A DNA stretch of 64,000 nt from Eledone cirrhosa (GCA_964016885.1 OZ024742.1:216132001-216196000), one strand, 5' to 3'; positions 14,440 through 30,787 are shown, counted from the stretch's first letter. Program-made: numbers and translations. The notes: a model not told the origin generated them from the letters alone.

Positions 14440-14706
14440 TATATATATATATATATATAAATATATATATATATATTAGTCCAGAATTAGCCGTCGAAAC
14501 GGCTTGAGCTCAGCCGTCGGGGTTTTACTCGTTCCTATATATATATTTATATATATATATATATGGTAACAATAATAGTATATTATAGTATACTTATATA
14601 TGTTTAATATACAATTATAATTAAGGAGGGTAGTACTAGTACTAGCCATTTACTGGTAGGATAAAAGGTTCAATGTAAATTATCAAGTGTATTACAGAGC
14701 CCAGAT

Positions 14707-15607
14707 ACAAAATATTAAAACAATCAAATCTTAGTTTAATACATTTATTTGCTGACAATTGTTTTTTCAAGAGGGATGTCTGGAATCATCGGAGTATAGG
14801 GGATGTTTAAACAGGTGATTAAAACCCTAGTCTTCAGAACATTTAGGTATATACATAACTGTTGTCAGTGTCATAGTATAATATACTTACTATAACAACA
14901 TGGCCAGTAATTCAGTGGAATTTATCTTTACCAAACACATATCTATAAACTATACACATCTCAAAACAATTACACCTAAAACTAAGAAGATTCCATGGTT
15001 TATACATTTGAGTCACTCCCAATATATACAACTATATACGAACTCAAATATAACAATTCTTGAATGAAAATTACCTATCTAATTCACTCACGTGCTTCGC
15101 ATTACATCTCACATAACATATACCCCTTTTATCACAACATGTCTCTCTACCATATACCACGCCATTTTTTTTAAATTTAAACATTTCTAACTCTTGTAAC
15201 ATGCTTTTACATTCTACATGAAATATGCTTGTTTCAGCTCTCATATAACTCTTACCTCATAAATGCCTTATTGATTGTATTGACTCTTGCATTATATACC
15301 CTTTACATTATCTGATTTCCAATGCTATGATATCTTCTATCTATCCGATCTTACATTATTTTCTTGCTTGTACCTTTTGCACATGTATTACCTTAAACAA
15401 TACCTTTATACATAATATGCTTATTTTTCACTTTTCACCATTGCTCTTTGTAATTTCTAAAACATAACATTCTTTTAACCTAAATGTTCTGAAGACTAGC
15501 ATTTTAACCGCATGTTTAAACATTCACTATGCACCGATGATACTGGAAGAAATAATTGTCAGCAAATAAATGTATTAAACTAAGATTTGATTGTTATAAT
15601 ATTTTGT
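14707..15607. mobile_element. Penelope-like pLTR remnant with inverted ends (14707-14848 / 15478-15607) and decayed hammerheads
   Basis: The ends are diverged reverse complements; the right arm has CCGATGA..GAAA-TAATTG-TC-AGCA at 15530-15564; the whole insert lies between (TA)n tracts. Confidence 0.65.
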
Positions 15608-15624
15608 GTATATATATATATATA

Positions 15625-15940
15625 TATATTTGAAAAAAAGGAAAACAATGAGTTCAATTGTAGTGTTAAAAGATTTCATTTAATTTTATAATATTATAAT
15701 ATTATGAGTTCGTAGATACAGTAAGTTCTTTGTTAACTTCGGTGGGAAGAATTTTAAAAATTCCTGGTTAACTTGGGCTGGAGAATTTCCTCGCATTCGT
15801 CTGTGGCGATTGTCAAACTGAGATCAAGTTGTGTTGAGATGTGCGACTATATATAAGAGAGATTTGGATGTGCCTGGGGTGTGGCGTGTGGTATTAATGA
15901 TGATGAAGGTCCGGAGAAATTAAAGCATACACACACACAC

Positions 15941-15972
<32 letters not shown>

Positions 15973-16378
15973 GTACACACACATACATACACAAGCACAC
16001 ATATATACACTCAGAAAATGGTGAGGTTGCAAGATATCTTGCAACCTCACCATTTTCTGAGTGTATATATGTATGTATGTGTATGTGTGTGTGTGTACGT
16101 GTGTGTATGTATGCTTTAATTCCTCCAGACCTTCATCTTCATTAATACCACACCCACACTCCAGGCACATCCAAAATCTCTCTTATATATAGTCACACAT
16201 CTCAACACAAGAGAAAGTTCTCCAACCCAAGTAAACCAAGAATCTTTAAAATTCTTCCCACCGAAGTTAACAAAGAACTTACTAGATCTACCAACTCTTA
16301 ATGTTATAATAATATAAAATTAAATCAAACCTTTTAAAACTACAAATGAAGTCATTCTTTTCCTTTTTTTCAAATATA
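15625..16378. repeat. About 750-bp inverted duplication with a perfect 74-bp central palindrome (15999-16072)
   Basis: The outer arms mirror each other, including mirrored (CA)n/(TG)n; the centre ...gttgcaagat|atcttgcaac... has no spacer. Confidence 0.9.
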
Positions 16379-16407
16379 CCTAACTGTACCAAGGATCTCA
16401 CTCATTT

Positions 16408-16551
<144 letters not shown>

Positions 16552-17020
16552 TGTTATAATAACAATTTTGAAACGAGTAGGACCGATAAACTTTCGATCG
16601 CTTTCACAATCTGTCAGTATCCTTAAGATATCAATCAATTGGAAACAGTGTGTACAACAATATGTTAAATAGTGAGAAAAACCATTTCGTGTCGGTAGAA
16701 ACTTTCAGGCCCCGGACTAATACAATAGTTTCTGTCATTTCATCTGCTGGTGATAGTCCATATAGAAGTGGCGTGCACACAAATTAGGTAAGGATATTAA
16801 GCATAACGTAATTAGCTAAGAGCAAATCCATCATTGGGGAATTAGCCTATGTGTAACGCTGCAACAGGTCAGCTACGGACGTACTTCCCTGGTGTGAATT
16901 CACAGTAGTGAACACAACTTTCGGTGTCACGTGACAGTAAAGGGGAGGTAAGCTAGTTCTGCCTATTCTCAGAGAACAGTTAGGCATATTTCAAATTGAA
17001 AAGAAAAATGAAAACGGGCC

Positions 17021-17068
<48 letters not shown>

Positions 17069-17476
17069 ATGGTAGTTAAGACTGGATTAAATCTTTATAA
17101 TTGTTTATTGCATTATATATATTTCTCTTACATGGTTATGCATGTGACTTCGTCTGATCTTTACGCAATCATTGGTACAGTTATGCATTCATATGCAATC
17201 ACAAATATATATTGGGGGGGGGGGTATGTTTTGCATCTATGATTGCATGTATGTATTTATGTATGTATTTATGTATATGCATATGTATATATTTCATAGA
17301 ATTTAAGGGAATTCGAACGCAGAAATAAAAATAAAACACCCGGCTACTATGATGATCGTAGCAATGAATCAGATTAGACAAAAACCCTTAATGTACATAA
17401 GAGCAATAAGAGATGACACATAGATAGACAATAAGAGAGAGATGGAGGAGCAGAGAAGGAAAAAAAGAGAGATACG

Positions 17477-17582
<106 letters not shown>

Positions 17583-19895
17583 GCATTTTCATCGGATGCA
17601 CTATTTATATTTTTATTCAATCTTATATTTATATCGACAGCTGTGCATTTTTCATGAGACATTAGAATAATGTAATGGTCTCGCGTTTACATTCTTTATA
17701 ATCGTTATCTGTAAGACAAATGAGAAGCGAAATACAACAATTATTCTTATTGCATCACATGAGGAACTACAAAGATGTCCTTTTTCATACAGTTTCTTAT
17801 CCATATTCATTATCTGATTCGAGTTAATATTCCTTTCAAACGAAATATTACTTCGAGCGTAAGAATTTCTTCGATATCAATTCTACAGTATTTGCTCTGA
17901 GTGCACAAGTAAGTGAGTTTTGGAGGTGAATAAATGTGTTCTGTGCAATAATATCTATTGTCAAATTAATGAATCTTTGGCTAAGATAAACAGCTTTTCC
18001 ATGTAGATTTATAGCGCTGGAAACAAGCTTTCTACTGAACCGTATATTATTCCATATAAAGCTCTGCAGAATGTATTATCAACCACATGTTATGATAAAT
18101 AGGAAATACAACCTTCAATTATACTCCTCCATCGAAAACATATCTATAAAACATGCATAAACAAACACTTACACACTGCTTGTTTGTGTTTTATGGGCGT
18201 GTGAGTGTGTGTGAGTGTGTGTGTGTCAGTAATTTGTCTTGTTCCTAAGCACTTATAATATGGCGTCAATGTATTACACAAAGTTGAAATTGCCAATACA
18301 TTATTGTATTTTAAATTAAAATACAGCCAGTCAGTTAAATCCTTTCACATAATATTCAATTAGAAATAGTTCAATGACATCATCGTATGTAACCTCCATT
18401 TATTTCGTTTTCGGTTTCTTTTTTTTCCCCAGCGTTATTTTTTTCCTCACTAATATTGCCAGTTTGTTCATTGTTCTTAATATAATCTATTATTTAAGTA
18501 TTGGGAAACCAATGCTACACGATCTATGCAAGTGCAGATCGAACAACACAACTTCAACAATTGTAAAAAAAGGTTAAATACTCATTCTCTATAAATATAA
18601 GTCATTACTTAAATTGTTTTCGAGAAACGTGTATCTGAACAAGGTGGAGTAGAAATTGAGAATATAACAATCAAAAACAAAAGCAGCAAATGTTTTGCCT
18701 ATTCAACGAATCAGGATAATGTTTGTGGAGGATATGAAATATAGTCGTTTGTATGAACCTAGTGCACTAGTTTATCGATCGAGAATGTATAAACAGCACA
18801 TGAGACATCAGCTAGATTTGAACTCTCTCCTATGTTTTTCATGGCCTTCTCATTAGAAAAACGATTACGATAGCGCCCACGAACCTGCTCCCAAATTGAC
18901 TGAACGGATGTATTTATCCTCTGTACATAGACCTATTCTAAATAGGTGTATCAAGGCACATGTCATTGAATGTACAGAAACGCCAGGTTGTGCTGCCCAT
19001 CGCGTGGTGATTTAGATCTATTCAAACAAAACAAACTTTCTCACATAGTTTGAGTCAGACAACTATTACAACATATTGCTTTGGCTATCTAATGGCTATG
19101 GCAGACAACAGATGACAATGAGATTGAGACCAAAATTACCTAGTTGTGAAACGACATCTTTAGCCATACGGCTTTGTCAGAAAATGTAAGCGGATAAAGA
19201 AATGTTAGTTCAGTAATGTTAATGTTAAGTTTCAGAAATCATCTCGTAGTTTTTGATTGGCAAAACGTTTATCAAAAGCATTCTAGACATGGGCATATCC
19301 AATGTTGATATTATTTGATGCACATTTGTGTTTACAAATATGGTACGATTTAAGGGATATTTGGTCCTTATATCTAGTAGGCCGATAAAATCTCCATGAG
19401 TACCTGGCTTGAAAATTTACTACGTCATCTATTAAGGCTAAGTAGGAGCATCTACATGAATATTCAAACTCTTACAAGTTAAATGATTTTTCATTCAAAT
19501 CAATACATAACATTTTAGAAAGGAAAACGTTGTCTAGTGAGATTCTAAGAAAGGTTTTATACAAAAAACGGTAGGAGGTTCAAGCATGAAAGCAGTTTTT
19601 ATAAGAAATACCTTCGGTTTCATGGGGTGTCGTATTAAAGGCATTAAATTACAATTAATCAAATACATTCCGATTCAACTACTCCGAAAAAAGCCAATCT
19701 AGAGTGACTTAGATTATATTGTAACATGTTTTATAATATATATCGCTCCCCACTTTTCTGACACACTATTCTCCTACTCTTCTAAGATGCTTAGTAATAC
19801 CATGCATGGAAACTGGGATGTTCATATGCATATATATATATGTATCAGATGCATACACACACATACACACATACACACACACACACATACGCACA

Positions 19896-19999
<104 letters not shown>

Positions 20000-20394
20000 A
20001 AATTATATACATATAAATAAATATATATATTCATATACACATATACATATATATATTCATATACATATATACATATATATATATGTGTGTGTCTGTCGGT
20101 TTGTGTATGTAATATAATATAATATAAATGAATTATGTGTATATGCCTTGTCTATTTGTCGGTAAAGGTATAAGATTTTCGATATATTTGACAGGCGAAT
20201 AAAAGATAAACCTACGAATCTTTTGCTTTCGTCTCAAGCATAACGGCTCACACTATTGATAAATTTATATCATGCTTCATCAAGCCTGTAAACAAAACAT
20301 AAATGATATATAAAAAGAATTTTGAAATATATCTTCCAGTCTTACCCACTTCGCCCCTCTCTATCTATCTATCTATCTCTTTCTCTCTCTCTCC

Positions 20395-22392
<1,998 letters not shown>

Positions 22393-22408
22393 TCATTTTG
22401 TGTACATA

Positions 22409-22524
<116 letters not shown>

Positions 22525-22614
22525 GGTCTGAGTGTGTGTGCGCGTGCATGCGTGCGTGTACGTGTGTGTGTGCCTGTCTGCGTGTGTTTGTTTCTGTATA
22601 CAAACACATATGTA

Positions 22615-22692
<78 letters not shown>

Positions 22693-22738
22693 AATGAGAA
22701 GTATAGAAATTATTGTAGCAAGAAGCCAACAGTATTCC

Positions 22739-22773
<35 letters not shown>

Positions 22774-22893
22774 CGTTTCTGAATTTGTTTAGCAAGATTC
22801 TTTATCTGAAAACGTGTGTTGAAACCCACACAAAAACAAGATGGCGTAGGACAGAAAAAAGAAGAGGCACAAAAACAAAGAAAAGAATCCCCA

Positions 22894-22936
22894 GTCACTG
22901 AAGAGGTCAAATAATGTGTAACGAAAGAACTTTGAC
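22894..22936 (+). ncRNA. Decayed hammerhead motif, same family as 56661-56703
   Basis: GTCA-CTGAAGA-G..AC-GAAA-GAAC-TT-TGAC; stem I GTCA/TGAC; stem II partly broken. Confidence 0.5.
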
Positions 22937-23092
22937 AATATATGAACAATCGTCTGGTTGTAGAACCAACCCACCAACCCGAAATTTATAAATTCCTAAA
23001 TTTATAAATTTAATTTATAATAAATTGAAGTGAAAGCAACTGGAGCGTGTGTTTCTTATTGGCAACATGATCCTCCCAAAGCATAACAATAT

Positions 23093-23208
<116 letters not shown>

Positions 23209-24324
23209 ATATGTAAGTATATACATACAAACATATTATGTATGAGATATCGAAGTTATTCCATAAATGATATTATTCCATAGTGAATGTGACATATGTT
23301 TCATAGATGATTGGTTCGAGGTGTTTATTAATGCTATTGTTCTTAACCCCTGTAACGATATGCTCATCAGGCACGTACACTTCGGATTATAAACATACGA
23401 CACAGACACCGAAATAAAATCTTCCATAGAAGTACCATGTTAAAGAAGTAGCATCGTGTGCATATTGATCCCACCTCCAGTAATCACTACGATTACTGAA
23501 AAAACTACTTCTCTAGCCGATATAACAAATGTCAATGAAGTTTTACATTTCCTTTTTTAATTTAATTAAATATATTTTTTCACAATTTTCATTATATATT
23601 TATAAGATCTGGAACAAATGCCGGGTACTCTAGGTAACTGCATAATTTACCGATACTTTCAACGGGGTCTGAGAAACAGACCTATTTGCACACAGGTCAA
23701 TGATCAGAGTAGTAGATCGCAATATCTCTTATTATCCTCTTATTATCCTCTTACCCATTCCAGTAAGGAAATATGCATGTGCATGCGATGATACGACTAA
23801 ATGATTCTATGGAGGTTATATGCATACGCGTTGGAAAATATCTTGAAGTACATGAAAATTCTTTCAAATAGATTATTCTACTCACTAGAATGCGGAAATG
23901 ATAAATGTACAAATCATGATACTTTCATTTTACTTTAGGAACATTGATTCGTTGTGTATGATACGTGGTTTATGTTACATTCAGATCTGAAGCAGAAAGA
24001 TTTCAAATAAACGAGTTTGAAGAGAACGTGCTGATTAAAATCACCATTTATGGAACACAGTAGCAAACGTATTCCTTTATTTGGAGTTGAGATCGCAGCA
24101 TTTATATATGAACTACACGGTATCCCTTTAAAGATTGACACAAATAGAACGTCTGTAAAATATATTAATGGTCTTTTATCCGAAGGATAAAATACAATGA
24201 GATATTCAAATGATATCGTCTACTTTGTTCTTCACTGAATCTTCGGTGTCACATTGTTGGTTAATATTTACATCTTGCATTAAATCTTACACATATAAAC
24301 ACTTTGTGCGTATATATATTAATA

Positions 24325-24371
<47 letters not shown>

Positions 24372-24392
24372 TAAACACATATATATATATAA

Positions 24393-24490
<98 letters not shown>

Positions 24491-24517
24491 TATCTTACTC
24501 ATATAAACACTTTGTGC

Positions 24518-24613
<96 letters not shown>

Positions 24614-24650
24614 ATATGTGTGTGTGTATGTGTCTGTGTGTGTAAATATT

Positions 24651-24932
24651 CTAGGGCGGGTAAAATTCCCGAGATCCATAGACGAGTTCTCTCCAGCGGT
24701 CTCTGTCCCGCAATATCGCTGCCATGTCCTGCGTCTCCAACAGACCAGAGTCTGTGCTTAGGGCATCAACATACGTTAACCTTGGTCCTCCTCTTCCTGT
24801 GTGTCCATGTAGCGGCTCCCACAGGACCACTGAGTGCAATGTCAACTGGATGTTGGTGAGCATGTCCGGCTAACCTCAGTCTCCTCTGTGTCACTTTTGA
24901 GATGACATTTAGGAGGCTCCCATACAGCTCTG
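24651..24932 (-). mobile_element. RTE-group LINE 3' fragment
   Basis: [43 protein letters not shown] is a typical RTE-type C-terminus; frameshifted and bounded by microsatellites. Confidence 0.8.
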
Positions 24933-24974
24933 AGTGTGTAAATATATGTATATATATATACATACATACACACA

Positions 24975-25024
<50 letters not shown>

Positions 25025-25570
25025 CGTGTGTGTGTGTGTGTACAATCTGTGTCTCCTCTCTGATATGCGGGTGGAGATGTTTACTGATTGTATGAAGGTA
25101 ACATAACATCCTGTATACAAGAACATAGAATTTGAGCCTAAACGATAGCGGTTTATGCAAACGTTTAAAATATATTTTGAAATTCAACGCCCGACACTAG
25201 AGCCTACTTTACGTATCTACGGGGCAAGACAAAACATATAATTAATTTTAAATTCATTCATATAATAGGACGACTGCAGGCTACAAATTCACCAATAATA
25301 CCCAGCTATCCTACCACCATTATCAGTGATTCTATTGACATTAATGACAAATTTGATTGGAAACAAAATGTTTCACCAAAATTAAAACGGAACTGACTGT
25401 ATAGGACTACGTATTGAAAATATGGTTTCTTTTAGATATCTGCTACTCACTCAGTGTTATTGTAGTATACTTGACAGAAGAGAGAAGAATATCTATGTAA
25501 ATTTGATGAGAAACTTGCAGAGGTATATCAAAATTTCAACTTCATACCTATTATTATTCGAGGTACGTCA

Positions 25571-26417
25571 TCTATATATATAAAGCTGTGGTTGTCTGTC
25601 TGTCTATCGACTTTTGGCACACATCTCCTCTTAGAATCTCTGACGGAATTGCACCGAAATTGCTATACTTGTACATTGAGCCCTAGCGAAGACATCAGAA
25701 AAAGAAAAATCAAATTGACCCACCCTATGTGACGAAATCGAATCTAATGTATCGATTTTTGAGCGTAAGTGACGAGTTATTTCCCGTTGTTCTATATATA
25801 TAAAGCTGTGGTTGTCTGTCTGTCTATCGATTTTTGGCACACATCTCCTCTTAGAATCTCTGACGGAATTGCACCGAAATTGCTATACTTGTACATTGAG
25901 CCCTAGCGAAGACATCGGAAAAAAGATATTTCAAATTGACCCACCCTATGTGACGAAATCGAATCTAATGTATCGATTTTTGAGCGTAAGTGACGAGTTA
26001 TTTCCCTTTGTTCTGTTTACATTGAGCGTCTTAAAAAAATTACGCTGGCTTTCTCAGCGTTTAAAATGACATTAACACAATACACGAACAGTTGTCGAGC
26101 CAGCAACATTTTGACCTGCAAAATTCATCAGTTCGAACACTAAGCTTCCGTTTTGCTTCATTTCCATTTAAAAGCCTTTTAAAACAATATTTTTACTTGA
26201 AAAAAAGTCTATTTAAAGACTACGTAAAACAAGCAAATATTTCGTAAAAAAAAGCAAAAATTATATAAGTTTATTTAAAATATATGTATCTGTAAATTTC
26301 GTTAGGCGTGCAGACAGACAGTCGTGCAGACAGACTTTAAGCCAAAAAAGAAACTTAACATTGTAACTTTAACACAGCTACTGAGCGACCCCGAGCAACG
26401 CCGGGCGTTACTGCTAG
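25571..26417 (+). mobile_element. Non-autonomous Helitron with a duplicated 220-bp 5' end
   Basis: A|TC start at 25571, repeated at 25791; 3' hairpin CCCGAGCAACGCCGGG followed by CTAG at 26414-26417. Confidence 0.8.
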
Positions 26418-27334
26418 TCTCTACATAAAACTGACGTTGTCTGTCTGTCTGTCTACTAAAACGGTCGGCACACATCTCCTCCTAAACCGGACATTCAAAT
26501 TTCGGTGAAATTGCTACACTTACAGATGAAGGTGCGGCGGAGACATCGGTCAAACAGATTTTCAAATTGACCCACACCAAGTGCAAACATCGAATTTGTA
26601 ATGTATTGATTTTTCAGTTCAAATGTATAAATAGAGATGAGAGACGAGTTATTTCCCTTTTATGGCGTCATACCGTCTATCTATTTACGTTACGAATATA
26701 CAACGCGTGCAAAAGTACAAAAATACGCGAACAGTTTTCGGACCAGCAAAATTCTAACCTGCAAAATTCATGCGTTTGAAGTTTCAACATTAAGCTTCCA
26801 TTTTGCTTCATTTCAATTTAAAAGTCTTTTAAAACAATATTTTTACTTGAAAACAAGCCTATTTGAATACACCGTAAAACAAGCAAATATTTTGTAAGAA
26901 AAAAGCATTTATCTCGAATAAAGCCTTATGAGATTTTCATTTAGAAGCAATGATTTTAAACCACAGACAGATAACGTTTTTTTTTTTGTTTTTCACGTCT
27001 ATCCAATTTCTTTGTTTCAAAATAACTGATAGTTTGGTTACGCTGATGTTTTTCTCTGAGACAAGTGTTGCAGTGTTTACATTTTCGATTTGTATTAATA
27101 GATTACAAGTGCAGTTTTTATCCCCAGCATCCTCTTTTGTTTTAACGTTCAGGTTATGGTTATGTTTTCTTAACTTCATAAGGCATACTGTTGGTTGAGG
27201 GAATATTAATCAAAAGTACCACATGAAAGTCTACACTGTAGACTCTACAGTTTTTAAGCCAAGAAAGGAACTTAACATTGTAACTTTAACACAGCTACTA
27301 AGCAGCCCCGAGCAACGCCAGTCTTTACTGCTAG
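26418..27334 (+). mobile_element. Second related non-autonomous Helitron, head-to-tail with the first
   Basis: Starts TC immediately after the CTAG, is homologous to the first unit, and ends ccccgagcaacgccag..CTAG|T at 27334. Confidence 0.8.
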
Positions 27335-27887
27335 TATACAATAAACTCCATGTACAGCAGCGTGGTCGAACTTGGAGAAAAATGAGAGTTCCTTAATTCA
27401 AATAACCACGTTATTCAAGGTTTGTCAAATATTCTAAAGTCTCAAAGAATGAATGATTACGCAGAGGCCAACGGGAACGTATATTTACTTACAATATTTT
27501 GGCCGGGATGGTGGCAGGCTTAACACAAATCCACAAAATTAAGTAAAACAGACTATATACATATATATATTTATACATGCATATATACATAAAATGTTCC
27601 AAACATTCTACATGTAATAACTGCATATACACATATATTGATACAAAACATATGAACATGTACATATATAACACAAAGCATACATTTTGACACATACAAT
27701 CACATACATACATGCACACGCACACACCGATATATATACATACACACACTCACGCATACACACATGCACATACCCACACACAAGCAAGCATATATATTTA
27801 CCTAGTTGATGTTGTCTAAATCCCAATGAAAGAGCTATGAGTGTATGTTAGAAACCGGCTAACAATCTATTAGTAAACATTTGTAAA

Positions 27888-28077
27888 ATAATTGTTTCTA
27901 CGTTAGGCACAAGGCCAGCAAATTCACCAGTGTATTACTGGTACTTTATTTTATCGACCCCGTAAGGATGAAAGGCAAAGTTAACCTCGGCGGGATTTAA
28001 ACTCAGAATGGCAAGGGCCGTAACTCTATGCGTCAAAGCATGGCGTCCGACCCTCTACCAATACTGCCAATCCACTG
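27888..28077 (-). mobile_element. SINE family A, full length (same subfamily as the 5S-fused copy)
   Basis: Nearly identical to 45321-45505, including the diagnostic ctacgttagg and ggcaagggccgtaactctatgcgtcaaagc. Confidence 0.92.
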
Positions 28078-28112
28078 AAACAAGAAGAACATACATACAT
28101 ACATATATTCAT

Positions 28113-28199
<87 letters not shown>

Positions 28200-28273
28200 T
28201 ATATAAATATATATATATAAAATTAGAATAGGTGCTCTGAAATAGCTATATATATATGAATGTATATATATAG

Positions 28274-28493
28274 TGTATTTTGCAATACACTGTATGCTTA
28301 ATTAAAAGCATTTCGAAGACCTTATGCTATTGTTTTAGAGTAGTGACAGTCTCACTTACTTTAAATTTCAGCAAACAGGAGATTTCTCCTGTTTGCTGAA
28401 AATTAAAGTAAGTGAGACTGTCACTACTCTAAAACAATAGCATAAGGTCTTCGAAATGCTTTTAATTAAGCATACAGTGTATTGCAAAATACA
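28274..28493. repeat. Near-perfect palindrome with 109-bp arms and a 2-nt loop, carrying the 3' half of a hammerhead
   Basis: 28274-28382 and 28385-28493 differ by 1 mismatch, and symmetry continues into the flanking (TA)n; GAAA-TGCTT-ttaatt-AAGCA-TA at 28453-28474. Confidence 0.92.
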
Positions 28494-30145
28494 TTATATA
28501 TACATTCATATATATATATATATATACAAGCATACATATGTCCGTCTGCCTGTGAGTGGGTGGATTCGAATTCCTTATTTATTGACCCCTCATGTTATTC
28601 ATCACATGGGTGAGCATTTTCGCCTATAGTAGCTATTATGTATTATTTTTTCCAAGAATTACTTCTATAAATATTTTGTATACCGTATATATTCTTCAAA
28701 TTTACGATACTGATTAAAATTCCCATTACTCAGGAATCCTTGTACCTTCCCAAATAAATTGATTCGTTATCGTTTCTAGAATATACTTCTGAGATGCTGA
28801 TATCCGTGGGAAGAGGAGATAAAATAATCTATATACCAGGGAAATGTTCGTATCCTAACAGGTGAAACTCTGCTAAAGGCTCCATGAAATAAATTGTGCA
28901 AAGGAGCTAGACAATTGCTGTAAGACATTAATACTGAGGAAGTAAAATATTCAATAATCCATCACACTGAACATATTTGTATTCTAATGACCTAGAAATG
29001 GAGAAAGGGTAGTTTCCTCCAACAGGAATTTAAACCCAGATTGCAAGGAACCGGGTAGATATCGCATATCATTCTATTTCAGGCTCTAAAAATTCCATCA
29101 ATTTTTCCCCTGGGCAATTCACTTGCAAATTATTTCCCTAATAAATAACAGTATACCATAGTATCCTCTCCCCTATTGGTTATTTCTACCAATTCAAATA
29201 TTGTAGAAACAGGAGACGTTTTCATGACATTGTCAACTTTTTACCTACCCACCACCGAAACTATTACCTTGGATAGCAACCAAATGTCTATGGTGAATAT
29301 TATATTTTTCGTTTGATTTAAGAGTCATGTCTAATATTTGAGAGGAAACGGGGATATAGAATAGTATTCAGACATGTCATTTAGATTTTGTAGCACTGCT
29401 AATATTACTTTCGACGAGGATCATTAATCTTTTAGTAGACGCACCGCCACCCCACCCGTGCGGACTAAAGCTGTGAAAATTAGGATAGAACTTTGCAAAC
29501 AGATATTAATTTAAGGAAATAGGTTTTACTCATATTTCCAGGATGCATATTTCATCTACATTTTCACAAGTCATTTATACGTCTTCTCTCATCGAACCTT
29601 AAGACATTTTTATTTCACAAGATGATTGCTCTAACGAACTAGAATATTTTCATTCGTAAGGTTGCACTCCAATCTTTTGCAAATTACCTGGCTCTACTAA
29701 TGGAAATGATGTCTTATTTCTCTCGGCAAAACATCAGAGACGTACAGAGTGAGACAAATCAAAAAGAATATAAATAGAGAAGGAAAGAAAGATTAACCGC
29801 AGCAGACATACATTTGATAGATCTCAAATCTATATCTCTGACATGTCTTGCACCATGCTATTTACTTTCATTACACATTGTCGTTTTTTGAAGTAGAGGA
29901 GATATATATAATACGTGCTTTAAATGCTTACAACAATTTTATCAGTTTAACAAAGAGAATATTTACGCATTTCACTAACAGTATATTACTTATTACCAGA
30001 AAACTTACACCATTTTTACACTTTAATTCTCGCATATATAAATATACTACTGGCCCGTCCGGCTGGCGCTCGGTAGGTATACCTGCCCCCAGCACTCCAC
30101 TGCAAAGATACCTACACACCCTCCAGTGTCACATTGTCCTTTCGA

Positions 30146-30218
<73 letters not shown>

Positions 30219-30535
30219 ATATTAAGGGAGATATGGAAACTAAAACAGTGTTGTCATATACAGAGTGAAGAGCGACAGAGAGATTAAAGCAGTTAAATTA
30301 TAGAGAGGGGGAATGATCTTACATAAAATACATACATATAAAGTATAGATATGTGTATGTGTGTGTTTGTGTATATGTATGTGTGTTTGTGTATGTGTGT
30401 ATGTGTATGTGTGTGTCTGTGTTTTGTTTTGATGTCATATTATGTGTGTGTATATGTGTGTGTGATTGTTACTTATGCGAGACGACAGAAAGTATGTGTA
30501 TTTCTGCGTGTGTGTGTGTGTGTGTGTCTGAGCGT

Positions 30536-30571
<36 letters not shown>

Positions 30572-30698
30572 TATGCGAGCGACGACAGAAAAACAGAGGA
30601 GGGGAAAAGAGAGAGATAGGCCGTTAGACAGAGAGAGATACAATTAAAACGAAAAGTAAAAGAGTGTTGTCATATAGAGAGTGAAGAGGGAAAATAAA

Positions 30699-30787
<89 letters not shown>

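Noticed and set aside
17105-17170. CAGACGA...GAAATATATATA hammerhead-like trace on the minus strand
   Set aside because: Core and stems I and II are too degraded.
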